A DNA stretch of 62,344 bases, the filler included, from Aduncisulcus paluster (Eukaryota): the NCBI GenBank assembly GCA_024181965.1. It is 7 parts of 7 records of this genome, joined end to end, with 100 filler letters (N's around TTAATTAATTAA, not from the genome) between each part and the next. Parts side by side here need not be neighbours in the genome. Positions count along the whole stretch, not along the records: positions 5,104 to 9,964 come from BQXS01011001.1; positions 10,065 to 28,275 come from BQXS01011002.1; 5 more parts are not named here. One strand, given 5' to 3'. This document shows, in pieces, positions 9,479 to 18,612 of the stretch. Position 1 is the stretch's first letter. Each line of letters begins with the position of its first letter. The position numbers were made by a program, and so were the translations under genes. The notes below the pieces were generated by a model. The model saw only the letters and a list, made by a program, of their open reading frames with translations. It was not told the DNA's origin and searched no databases.

Positions 9479-9964
9479 TTATTTTCTTCTAAATTCCTTG
9501 GGTCTTTCTTCCCATTTACCCAGTATAAGAAATTTTCCCAAATGCGCTATGTTCATGGCAGCACTGACATCTCTATTGCTCACACGCCTGCATTTTTTGC
9601 ATCTTCTCTGCCTTAATAGTGGGATACCTTTCCGTTTTACAATTTCATGTTCCGAAAAGCAGCAGTATGACAGTTTGGATGTCCTATACTCGGGAACGAT
9701 AACAAAATTAAATCTAGATTTTAAAAAATCAATTCCCCATCTAAAGGGGGAGCCAATGTTCTTGTGGTCAGATGAGGGAAATGACCCATCCCCGATGCAT
9801 AGGATTGTTCGACGGCAATCATTTTTTTCCGCAAAATATCTAATTTTGTTTGCTAATTTTTGAACAATATGTAGCTTTTTTAGGTAGTTAGCTTTCCTTC
9901 TTTTCCTTTTGGTCATAGATTTGTCTATTTTCTCGAAATCTGTATATGTATCTAAATATAAACT
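9479..9964 (-). mobile_element. tnpB: Fanzor1-type (eukaryotic TnpB) RNA-guided endonuclease, C-terminal RuvC-II / Zn finger / RuvC-III part; N-terminus lost in the gap
   Basis: Motif order ILCIGDG...PEYRTSKLSYCC...RRCKKC...NRDVSAAMNI...RPKEFRR is the Fanzor1 C-terminal signature. The frame remains open upstream of the ATG at 9916 (SLYLDTYTDFEKIDKS) right up to the linker at 9965. Confidence 0.9.
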
Positions 9965-10065
9965 NNNNNNNNNNNNNNNNNNNNNNNNNNNNNNNNNNNN
10001 NNNNNNNNTTAATTAATTAANNNNNNNNNNNNNNNNNNNNNNNNNNNNNNNNNNNNNNNNNNNNC

Positions 10066-11730
10066 ATTGCTTTCCCATGGCTTTGTGATGGTGGAGTAAT
10101 TCTTGATAATAGGATGAAGGCGTTATTTAACGTCTCTGAAGAGGTTCGAAACCACATTACTCGTGCGAATGACTTTGCTCATTTGACAGGATTTGAAGAT
10201 ATCTTTGTTGTGCAGACAAATATTTTTTCCGGAGTGGCTGAGAAAGATGTTGTGTTGGCTGCTTTTTTGCTAATGGTTAATATCTATGAGAGATTGGGTC
10301 TGATCGTTGTACCCCACATTGTTCCTTTCAATCCGCAATGCATTGAGTGGGTATATCAAACTATTCTTCACTATTTGGAACCTTCAGTCGAAATGTGTGT
10401 ATGTGCAGTGTATTTCTGGAAATATATCTTCTCGCGAAACTATGAGAATGTTGTGAGGAAATATGCTGTGTTGCAACACTCTCATTGTGGTGTGGAACAT
10501 ATGGATTCAAGAACTGAAGAAGAAGAACACAGTGATTCCACATCTGAATTCGAGGAGATTCAGCAACCTGTTCAGCGCAGCATGTTTGATTATTCAGCTT
10601 TTTTGGGAGAAATTCAACAACAAACGGAACACTGTAAATCAGCTGAATATATGGAACCTTTGATTTCTGTGGATCCTAAAGATTTATTAAATGCTTATGG
10701 CAGTTGTTTTGTGTCCCTTCAGTGGATATCTTTCTTCCGAATGATTAGAAGATTCTATGATGATCCATTTCACCATTCTCCTGAGGCGGGACGAGTTGGA
10801 GAAGCGGGTATTGCTGCCTTGTTGATGAACTTGTTCAATTCTTTCAAAGCTAAAGGAACTCAATCCTCCGCTATGTTAATTGTAAGTGAATATGTTGCTT
10901 TCATGGTCAATGCTAAGCATCAAACGAATATTCTTGGAATGTTAATGAATTATCTATTTCACATGGATGGAGATTTGAATGTTTTGGTTATATCACAGCC
11001 TTCAATGATATTTAATTCGATTATTAACTGTCGAACTGATGACATGATGCTCTTGAAATCTTCCTCTTCCACCTTTTCTTCCGTTCGATCTTCTTTTTCG
11101 CTTTTGATGACAAAATTAAGATCTCTTGATTTCTCTCAATTTTCAAAGTATGCTGTTGCTGATTTGTGTGAAGTGATTACCGAATGTATTAAAAATGCAA
11201 AACAACATTGTCTCCAAACTTCCTTGGAGATCGAACAAACTATTAAGAAAAGAGATACGATTCCAAAACTTTTGGTTAAGTTTTTCGATCAGCAAGAATC
11301 CAAAGTTTTGCACCAACAGTTGTTGGACATCCGTTTTCTTGAAGAGTCGGTTATTCTTCCCTCTATTGGTTTCATAACTAAACTTGCCAGTGTGGTTGAT
11401 ATTTCTGACAATGCTCACCCTCTTGATTTGATGGTCAGTCATCATATTGGAGGAGATAATAATGAGTGTATAATTTGTTGTTGTGAGCCTAGAACTGTTG
11501 TTTTCCCTTGTGGTCACATGATTTGTTGTGAAGAATGTGCCAAATTATTGTCTCAAATGCAGCATCAATGTCCTTTATGTAAAAGGGCCTTCGAAAATCA
11601 TCAAATCATCAGGCCAAAATTCTTTAGGAGATCGAAATACGATTCTGTTGTGCACACAACGAAAACAATTGAGGATTTCCAACAAGCAATGGATACGCAA
11701 ACTGACATGATGGAAGAAGAAATCTTTTGA
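10066..11730 (+). CDS. C-terminal C3HC4 RING-finger protein (IAP/MGRN1-type RING, putative E3 ligase), probably 5'-truncated
   Basis: CIICCCEPRTVVFPCGHMICCEECAK...CPLC RING motif. The frame is open from 10066 (next to the linker) through the listed ATG at 10114. Confidence 0.82.
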   Translation: MAFPWLCDGGVILDNRMKALFNVSEEVRNHITRANDFAHLTGFEDIFVVQTNIFSGVAEKDVVLAAFLLMVNIYERLGLIVVPHIVPFNPQCIEWVYQTILHYLEPSVEMCVCAVYFWKYIFSRNYENVVRKYAVLQHSHCGVEHMDSRTEEEEHSDSTSEFEEIQQPVQRSMFDYSAFLGEIQQQTEHCKSAEYMEPLISVDPKDLLNAYGSCFVSLQWISFFRMIRRFYDDPFHHSPEAGRVGEAGIAALLMNLFNSFKAKGTQSSAMLIVSEYVAFMVNAKHQTNILGMLMNYLFHMDGDLNVLVISQPSMIFNSIINCRTDDMMLLKSSSSTFSSVRSSFSLLMTKLRSLDFSQFSKYAVADLCEVITECIKNAKQHCLQTSLEIEQTIKKRDTIPKLLVKFFDQQESKVLHQQLLDIRFLEESVILPSIGFITKLASVVDISDNAHPLDLMVSHHIGGDNNECIICCCEPRTVVFPCGHMICCEECAKLLSQMQHQCPLCKRAFENHQIIRPKFFRRSKYDSVVHTTKTIEDFQQAMDTQTDMMEEEIF

Positions 11731-12333
11731 TTTGTAAATTTACTCGGCAGTTTACCCTTTATATTAAAGTTTATCATAAGAAAGTCTTTTGTGATAAACC
11801 ATCATTGGCTTTTGAGATGATGTGTATTACTCATTGAGTAAATAAATATTTTTATCTAATTCAACTTGAATATTTCGATTTGGATCAATCGAGGAATCTT
11901 GACAATTCAATCTGGATATAGGTACATGTCATGGGTAAAAAGACTTCTGGATATCCATTATTAATTCATTTATACCTGTTTTATGGAATATTCAATTATT
12001 TTGAAATGGGTTATTCTATTTTTAGATTTTCTATTTTTAGAATTCAGACTTTTGAATTGGATTATTTTGCCTGCAAACAACATAAAAAAGCAGAATTACA
12101 AAGATTTTTTTTGGGTTTTGTTCTGTTTTCTCTTGTTCATATGTTGAGTCGGTTAATTCAAGTTTTTCATGATTTTTACGAGCCTTTTATGGTATAGAGG
12201 TCTCTATAATTGAGGTCAATACCAGATATGGTGACCCTTACACCACTATAATACCATCCTTTCGAAGAATTTATTCTTGCGTCTGATGAGAAAAAGTTTC
12301 AATAAATGATCATCACATCTTCACGTCAATTAA

Positions 12334-15300
12334 TTACGCTGTTTGTTTTCGAGAAAATAAGGTTGAAAATTCAAGTAATTGAGTTTTTAAAGGTTCCAAA
12401 AGACCGAATGGTTCTAACCAGGCTTTATCAATAACAAATCCAATAAATTGCATTCCTATATCCATATTTTTGAGTTGAATTGCATAAAATCGAACCAATA
12501 AGGTCTGGATACCGTGAATAATAAGAATAAAAGCACATGACATTCCAATAAACCAAGCTAAAAATTGGATGGTATTATTCACGGCAGAATTAGCAAATTC
12601 AAACTGTCGAATGGCATAATGAGTTGAAAAATGGGCTTCAATAGTTACTTGGTTCAACAAAGCAACAACATTCTCTCTGAACTCTGCCTCTTCAAAGTTT
12701 TCATTTTCAATTACGGCAATAAGTTCTCTACTAGTGTGAATGAATTGGGTGATGATCCTTGAACTGACAGTTTCATCAACCTCAGACACAGACAAAATAC
12801 TCGTTTCATGAAGCCAATTGTCACATTGAGTTGTATAAAACTCTGGACACGTAAAATCAACGCCATCTGTCGAATTATGAATGATAGCTGAATGTAATTC
12901 AATTTCGTCGAGACGATCTGAGAGGAAACCAATTGTATTTGGATCTGGATGGGGGGAAGCCAAATTGTTTAATCCGGAATACAAATTCTCCAAGAAAGTG
13001 AACAAATAGTTTGTAAAATCAGAAGAATCAATCGACCTCACAAATCCCTTCTTGATCCTTGTTGAACAAATCAAGAACACAAAGAAGAGAGAAGTGGTAA
13101 TTATCATGATGAGAATAAACATTTTAAGAGAGAATCTCTTCAATTTCATCAAAGATAAGGTAGGTGGGAGTGATATCTGATCCGCTCGATCTTGAATAAG
13201 CTTGTCAATCCGTTTTTTCTTCTCAAATTTTGACAATGACAGATCGTTAATATAAACGATATCTTCTTCAACTTCATCCTCATCGTTATCTTCAACGTAA
13301 GCCTCTGATTCATGAGGTTGCTCACTGGCCAATGGAGAACTAACGTGAGAAACACTCTCTTTTTTCCTTGATGTCTTCAACCACCCTGCTTTCTTGATAG
13401 AAGTCTCTGGTTCAGAGGAAGTATCGATGACAAACCTCTTCAGGTGAAGACATTGTTGCTGTATGAGTCTATTTTCTTCAGGGAAGTACACAGCCCTCAC
13501 CTTTTCATTGGATTTGCTTCGATTGGATGCCATTTTTATGTCCATAGCATCTGGAGACTTATCGATATGAATCATCAAAGTCTTGGGACTCACGACAGAT
13601 TGGACTTCACCATCCTCACGCATTGGAGAGATGCTCCCCGATTTCTTCGATGTTGGGTTGAGAGAGGCAGAATGCTGTAGCAAACGGGGAGCATGAGATA
13701 CCGATGATGTCAACCCTGCCACTTGCCACATCCGTTGAGATATTTTCTCTAACATCTCATGAGTCTTAAATCTGGTCTTTATAACGATATACACAAGCAT
13801 AGCAAGAGTAATCACTGTAAATATCAGGGCATATTGACATGTGGATAGGAATACATATGTGACACTATTGGGGAGGAATTGATTCGAGTAGGAGAAGAAA
13901 ATAACATGTTGCATAACTAAATTCTGAATATCCATCAAATTGTATAAATCGGATGAGATGGCAGAAGTGATTTCAGGTGAGAGGAAACTAAATGAATCAA
14001 AATCGTTAATGCCCAAATGAGCAATATTTTCAAATATGCCACACACAGGAACAGCATCCATCGAACCTTCACGTTCTTCAACGGTAATGCAGAATTTGTT
14101 AATGAATGAAATGAAGATCTGCGAATAGAAAGGAAGGTTTGGATAAAGAGAAAGGATCATATTGGTATCAGTAAGATCCCCATTATCTGAAAACATCACC
14201 GAACTTAAAAACTCATCAGAAACATTACTCCAACTCAAATCAAGACGCAGAGTATCAACCATATCTCGAGACAAGGAGGACATGAGTGTGGTGGGGAATG
14301 AAAAGGCCTCAAACACACTGAGAGTAATTCCATTGTAATCGCTTGAGATTTCTTGGGATTCATCATTGATGTACACCTCAAGATCAATAGCAGCAATCCA
14401 ACCTTCAATGATCTTCACCATACCATGTGAAAGGATGATGAGATCACGATAACGATCGACAGGTGTCAAGGAACGTTGTTCAGCGGCAGAATAATTCCGA
14501 GAACTAAGATAAAGGGAAATAATAACAGAGAAAAAGATAAAAACAAGTCCAAAGATCCAAGTCACAAGGAAAACGCCACATTTTGGCCAAACGAAATACT
14601 TGTCGGTCAAAGCATTATTGAGTGATAATACAAATGTGTGTATTTTAGTGTGGTTTTTGCTATCGTCGGAGAGATCTTGGGAATTTGGCCGTGATAACAA
14701 ATCAAATTGAACAGTTTTATCAATTCTCCTCAGGGAGTTCTTCTCCCCCGTGTACATTAAGAGAGCAATGGTAGAAAAAGAAAAAATGGCAAAAAGCGTA
14801 ACAAAGAATGAGAACCCACTCATGTTCGAGGAATCAGAATAGAGTTGTGAAGTGTCAGATGAATCCTCGCTTGAGGCTGAAGTGTCATCCATTGTAGACC
14901 AAGAACATCCCGGTAATGAGATCATATCTTGTGAAATAATCGTCTTGAGATCATCAGAGGTAGTGAATGTGGCAGGCGGGAAAAGGAGGATCCCGGACGA
15001 ATCAGAGGAATCAGTCCCAATCATTTCATTGAACTCAGAGGCTTCCATAATCAAAGATTTGGCCAGACTTATGAGAGATTCAGTGTTGCTTCGTATTTCA
15101 GATAAGAAATCGAGTGTGAGTTCATCATATTTCTCAAGTCTATTTATAGTCTCAACATTCTCCTCAAAAGTACTCAAGAACTGACTGAACACTGAGTGGG
15201 CTGTCGTTTTAGTATGTTCAAAATAATTGATTGAAGCATCCAGTCTGCTGACTTGCTCTCTAAAACTCTGGACAAACATATCTGGTTGGGCATAGAAATT

Positions 15301-18300
15301 TGTTCTAAAGAAGAAATACATTGAGAGATTTATGGGTAAGCCAAGATCCTGAGGCATATATCCATCGGCTGCAGAGAACACATTGTGATAGTTCTCCAAG
15401 AAAGAGAGGGATCCCACTTCATAACCGTCAGAGAGGACATCAATGAAGTCATAACCCTCCGAAATCGAAAGAGGAGTACTTAAAGAGTATATTGTAGCGT
15501 AATAGAGAAGAGATGACATCGAATTCAAGGTATTAGCAGCTGAATATACATCAAGAGAGCCCAATAATTGGGTTTGACGGTGTGAGTGGGCAACGGATAT
15601 GTAGAACCAAACCCAAGGAATTATAATAAATCCAATAAGCAAAGAAACGAGCAATATAAAGCTTGACATCTGTGCTCGATTCTTAAAACGTTGTATATTG
15701 TTTGCAGCAATCTTACGAACTTGGTTAATGACCTGTGGAGCAGTGGAATTGAGAAGAGAAGCGCTTTTCTTGGCAATAATCTTGATAGATTCACTCGAAT
15801 CCGTCCATTCGATTCCCTGAGCAGCATCAAATCTTCCGCTATTCAGTGATTCTCGAGTTTTGAAATAATTGAGTCTGGCAGTTACACCTCGTTTTAATGT
15901 CCTAGCACCTGAGGGTGAAGATTCGGCGACCGGTATATCTCCTTCATCAATTCCATCAATATTTATCTTTGGGAGATCATCAGAACCGGTATCAAAACCG
16001 TCAACAATATCGGTGGGAACCGAAGCTGTTCTCATCACACTCATATTGAGAATATGTTGTGGCAATTTGGGTGAAGAAAGATCAGGATCGGAAGAGTGGG
16101 AGAGTTCTTGCATGATTTCGCACTGGAAAGAGCCATCTCCAACTTTATCTCCATCATCCAACTGAGCTTTGTCAGTACTATCCTTAATCTCTTCCTCTTC
16201 ATCTTCCTCCTCTTCAGAATACTCAAGCACTAAATGTTGCATTTTGGGGGTTGGTTCAATGAAAGCGGAGTGCATCTGCGATGAATCTCCTTCTTGGCCC
16301 GCAGGAGAATGGGATGAAGAAGAAACAAAATGATCCTTCCGGAATTCGACCATGGCTGTCGATTCTGTAGATTCCTTCCCAGATTGACTTGAACGCTTTG
16401 TATGGTTTTCACGTGCTGAAGATCCTTCTTCAGACTCAGTGGGGAGAGAATATTCGTTGCCTTCAGAGTCATGCACAGTGGATAGAGAAGAGATCAGACT
16501 TCTGTTACTTTGAATGGCACCTGCATGAGCAGATCCAGCTGACACACGTCTCCCGCTGGTATAATCGGACGATATAGTGTCTTCAGAAGAAGGTGGGATA
16601 ATTGCGTGGGGATTTCCAAGTTCATTGCGGAAGATCTTGGCACCATCATCTAATTCAACGATACTGGCATTCCTGCCGGTTTGAACCGACCGAATACGTC
16701 CAGATTTAGCGTCTAGAATAAGCTGAATAGGTGATACATACCGGTTTGATGGGTTTGGAACCGATGAAGTGGAAGAGACTGATGATAGAGAGATTCCAAC
16801 ATGATCCGATTCTGAGTGATCAATTGAAGAACTTGAACTATCATTGTCAGATGAGGATTGATGCTGCAATGGTGGGATGGCAAGGTTCAAAACATCAGCA
16901 GACTGAACTTCTCCGGCAACTCTATCCTTTTGTCCATCAGAGTGGCCTTCATGTGAAGATTCCGAATGTTCTTTCTCACTTGTTTGATTGAAGCCAAAAT
17001 GATTATAATTTCCCAATATTTTGTTTAAATCTAATCCAGTTCTTCCGGAAGTATATTTAGCAGCAATATCAGGACCCATTTCATCCGTATCGATGGTACT
17101 CGTTGAGCTATCGTTTGTAGATGTTGTTGAATCTTTTCCTCCAAACTTGGCAGAACATATTTCATGCTCTATGGCATCAATGTCCTGAACACCGAGTAAC
17201 TTGAGATATTCTTCAAGTCGATGCACTCTGGCTTCTTCTTTTTCAACCTTTTCGCTGAGACGATCGACCCTCTTCAAAAGTTTCTCAATTTGAACTGTAG
17301 AAATAGCAGAGTTGAGATGATCGTTATAGTAAAACAAAGAGAATGTATCAGAATGGACGTCAATACTACTTGTAATTGGAACAACTTCCTTATAGGCCTT
17401 CTGTAGCTCTCCCGTCACTTCAGGAGGGATCAAGGACAATGTTCCCATTATCAATCTGGCCTTCTTCTCAACTTTACATAGGATTGAGTAGTGTCGCTTG
17501 CCAAAACAGATGATTTGCAGGATCATAATGAAGACATACAACACAGCGACTCCAAATACCATACCATCAGCGGCTCCACCAATGACAAATCCCTCGATCG
17601 GAATATTGACGGATGAGAGCATATCTTTCAACTTATCCACAACAACCTTCATGGAGGATCCCAGCTGAATAATCTCATTAACTTGGGTAGAAGACAACGA
17701 GAAAGTGTTATCCTCATCCAAATTGTCTCGAATAACAGAGAAAACATATCCGTAACGAAGAGAAGTGAGGAAGTATGGGTATGCAAGCTCGAACAGTGTA
17801 AATCCATCTGAGGTACCCCCCTCAAGAGAAGGATGAGGAGGAGAGGAGATATGGACTGGGTTATAACGGTTTGACAGAGAACTCACAGATCCCATATATA
17901 TCAAATTCTTTAAGAGATCATTAGAATAGTGAAGCATATTGAAGGAATTGTCGGTTAAGAATGATTCCATCTCATCTCCATTGGGGAATTTAGGAGAACA
18001 ATTTCTACCGAGGGTAGTTCCTTGGTAGTATGACTCTGAGAGAGTTGGGAGAAGAGTGGAATCGTCTGTATCATCATTGAGAGAAAACAATGATTTATAG
18101 CCTCTTTCTACCTTGGATTGTGGGCGTCTATAATCATAGAGGGTGGAAGAATCAGTTCCAATGGATGAACCATTGTCCACAAAGATGTTTAGACTCAGGG
18201 GAGACTCAGTGACAACAGGAACAGTCTCCAATCGACATGAAGCACTTGCATCAGCCCAATAACCAATGGAGAAGAACTTAGGTTGTAGTCTTTGAATAAT

Positions 18301-18612
18301 CTGAATGTCACTCCCCGAAAAACCAATGTTCTCTGAGAAGGGCCAGTATTTTAATGGAATGTCATCCATAGCTAAAGAAAATATAGCATTACCAAAGGAA
18401 TATTGGGAAGGAATTTCTCCCAAAGCAGAGAAATTATCGCTGAACAAATCAAGGAAATGGAACTGATAGAGGTATTCGTTCTCGGGCTGAGAATTTAACT
18501 GAGCCAGTGATAAAAACACATCATTCATAATGCCCAAAATAACACCCACAGAAGATGACAGCTGTTCTGAGAGAGAGTGTGCCAAGGTCCAACGGTTCAC
18601 CCTGTTGCTCAA
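12334..18612 (-). CDS. Giant multi-pass membrane protein, C-terminal segment (probably continuous with 18521-28275)
   Basis: 2092-aa open frame listed from a TTG codon, with several hydrophobic helices separated by long Ser-rich loops. It overlaps the upstream ORF by 92 nt in a +1 frame. Confidence 0.8.
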   Translation of the reverse strand: MSNRVNRWTLAHSLSEQLSSSVGVILGIMNDVFLSLAQLNSQPENEYLYQFHFLDLFSDNFSALGEIPSQYSFGNAIFSLAMDDIPLKYWPFSENIGFSGSDIQIIQRLQPKFFSIGYWADASASCRLETVPVVTESPLSLNIFVDNGSSIGTDSSTLYDYRRPQSKVERGYKSLFSLNDDTDDSTLLPTLSESYYQGTTLGRNCSPKFPNGDEMESFLTDNSFNMLHYSNDLLKNLIYMGSVSSLSNRYNPVHISSPPHPSLEGGTSDGFTLFELAYPYFLTSLRYGYVFSVIRDNLDEDNTFSLSSTQVNEIIQLGSSMKVVVDKLKDMLSSVNIPIEGFVIGGAADGMVFGVAVLYVFIMILQIICFGKRHYSILCKVEKKARLIMGTLSLIPPEVTGELQKAYKEVVPITSSIDVHSDTFSLFYYNDHLNSAISTVQIEKLLKRVDRLSEKVEKEEARVHRLEEYLKLLGVQDIDAIEHEICSAKFGGKDSTTSTNDSSTSTIDTDEMGPDIAAKYTSGRTGLDLNKILGNYNHFGFNQTSEKEHSESSHEGHSDGQKDRVAGEVQSADVLNLAIPPLQHQSSSDNDSSSSSIDHSESDHVGISLSSVSSTSSVPNPSNRYVSPIQLILDAKSGRIRSVQTGRNASIVELDDGAKIFRNELGNPHAIIPPSSEDTISSDYTSGRRVSAGSAHAGAIQSNRSLISSLSTVHDSEGNEYSLPTESEEGSSARENHTKRSSQSGKESTESTAMVEFRKDHFVSSSSHSPAGQEGDSSQMHSAFIEPTPKMQHLVLEYSEEEEDEEEEIKDSTDKAQLDDGDKVGDGSFQCEIMQELSHSSDPDLSSPKLPQHILNMSVMRTASVPTDIVDGFDTGSDDLPKINIDGIDEGDIPVAESSPSGARTLKRGVTARLNYFKTRESLNSGRFDAAQGIEWTDSSESIKIIAKKSASLLNSTAPQVINQVRKIAANNIQRFKNRAQMSSFILLVSLLIGFIIIPWVWFYISVAHSHRQTQLLGSLDVYSAANTLNSMSSLLYYATIYSLSTPLSISEGYDFIDVLSDGYEVGSLSFLENYHNVFSAADGYMPQDLGLPINLSMYFFFRTNFYAQPDMFVQSFREQVSRLDASINYFEHTKTTAHSVFSQFLSTFEENVETINRLEKYDELTLDFLSEIRSNTESLISLAKSLIMEASEFNEMIGTDSSDSSGILLFPPATFTTSDDLKTIISQDMISLPGCSWSTMDDTSASSEDSSDTSQLYSDSSNMSGFSFFVTLFAIFSFSTIALLMYTGEKNSLRRIDKTVQFDLLSRPNSQDLSDDSKNHTKIHTFVLSLNNALTDKYFVWPKCGVFLVTWIFGLVFIFFSVIISLYLSSRNYSAAEQRSLTPVDRYRDLIILSHGMVKIIEGWIAAIDLEVYINDESQEISSDYNGITLSVFEAFSFPTTLMSSLSRDMVDTLRLDLSWSNVSDEFLSSVMFSDNGDLTDTNMILSLYPNLPFYSQIFISFINKFCITVEEREGSMDAVPVCGIFENIAHLGINDFDSFSFLSPEITSAISSDLYNLMDIQNLVMQHVIFFSYSNQFLPNSVTYVFLSTCQYALIFTVITLAMLVYIVIKTRFKTHEMLEKISQRMWQVAGLTSSVSHAPRLLQHSASLNPTSKKSGSISPMREDGEVQSVVSPKTLMIHIDKSPDAMDIKMASNRSKSNEKVRAVYFPEENRLIQQQCLHLKRFVIDTSSEPETSIKKAGWLKTSRKKESVSHVSSPLASEQPHESEAYVEDNDEDEVEEDIVYINDLSLSKFEKKKRIDKLIQDRADQISLPPTLSLMKLKRFSLKMFILIMIITTSLFFVFLICSTRIKKGFVRSIDSSDFTNYLFTFLENLYSGLNNLASPHPDPNTIGFLSDRLDEIELHSAIIHNSTDGVDFTCPEFYTTQCDNWLHETSILSVSEVDETVSSRIITQFIHTSRELIAVIENENFEEAEFRENVVALLNQVTIEAHFSTHYAIRQFEFANSAVNNTIQFLAWFIGMSCAFILIIHGIQTLLVRFYAIQLKNMDIGMQFIGFVIDKAWLEPFGLLEPLKTQLLEFSTLFSRKQTA

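Noticed and set aside
12171-12280. Possible U5 snRNA (GCCTTTTAT at 12182-12190 with nearby hairpins TATAGAG/CTCTATA and TGGTG/CACCA)
   Set aside because: The loop deviates from the invariant GCCUUUUAC, the closing stem is weak, and there is no convincing Sm site. An Infernal RF00020 search would settle it.
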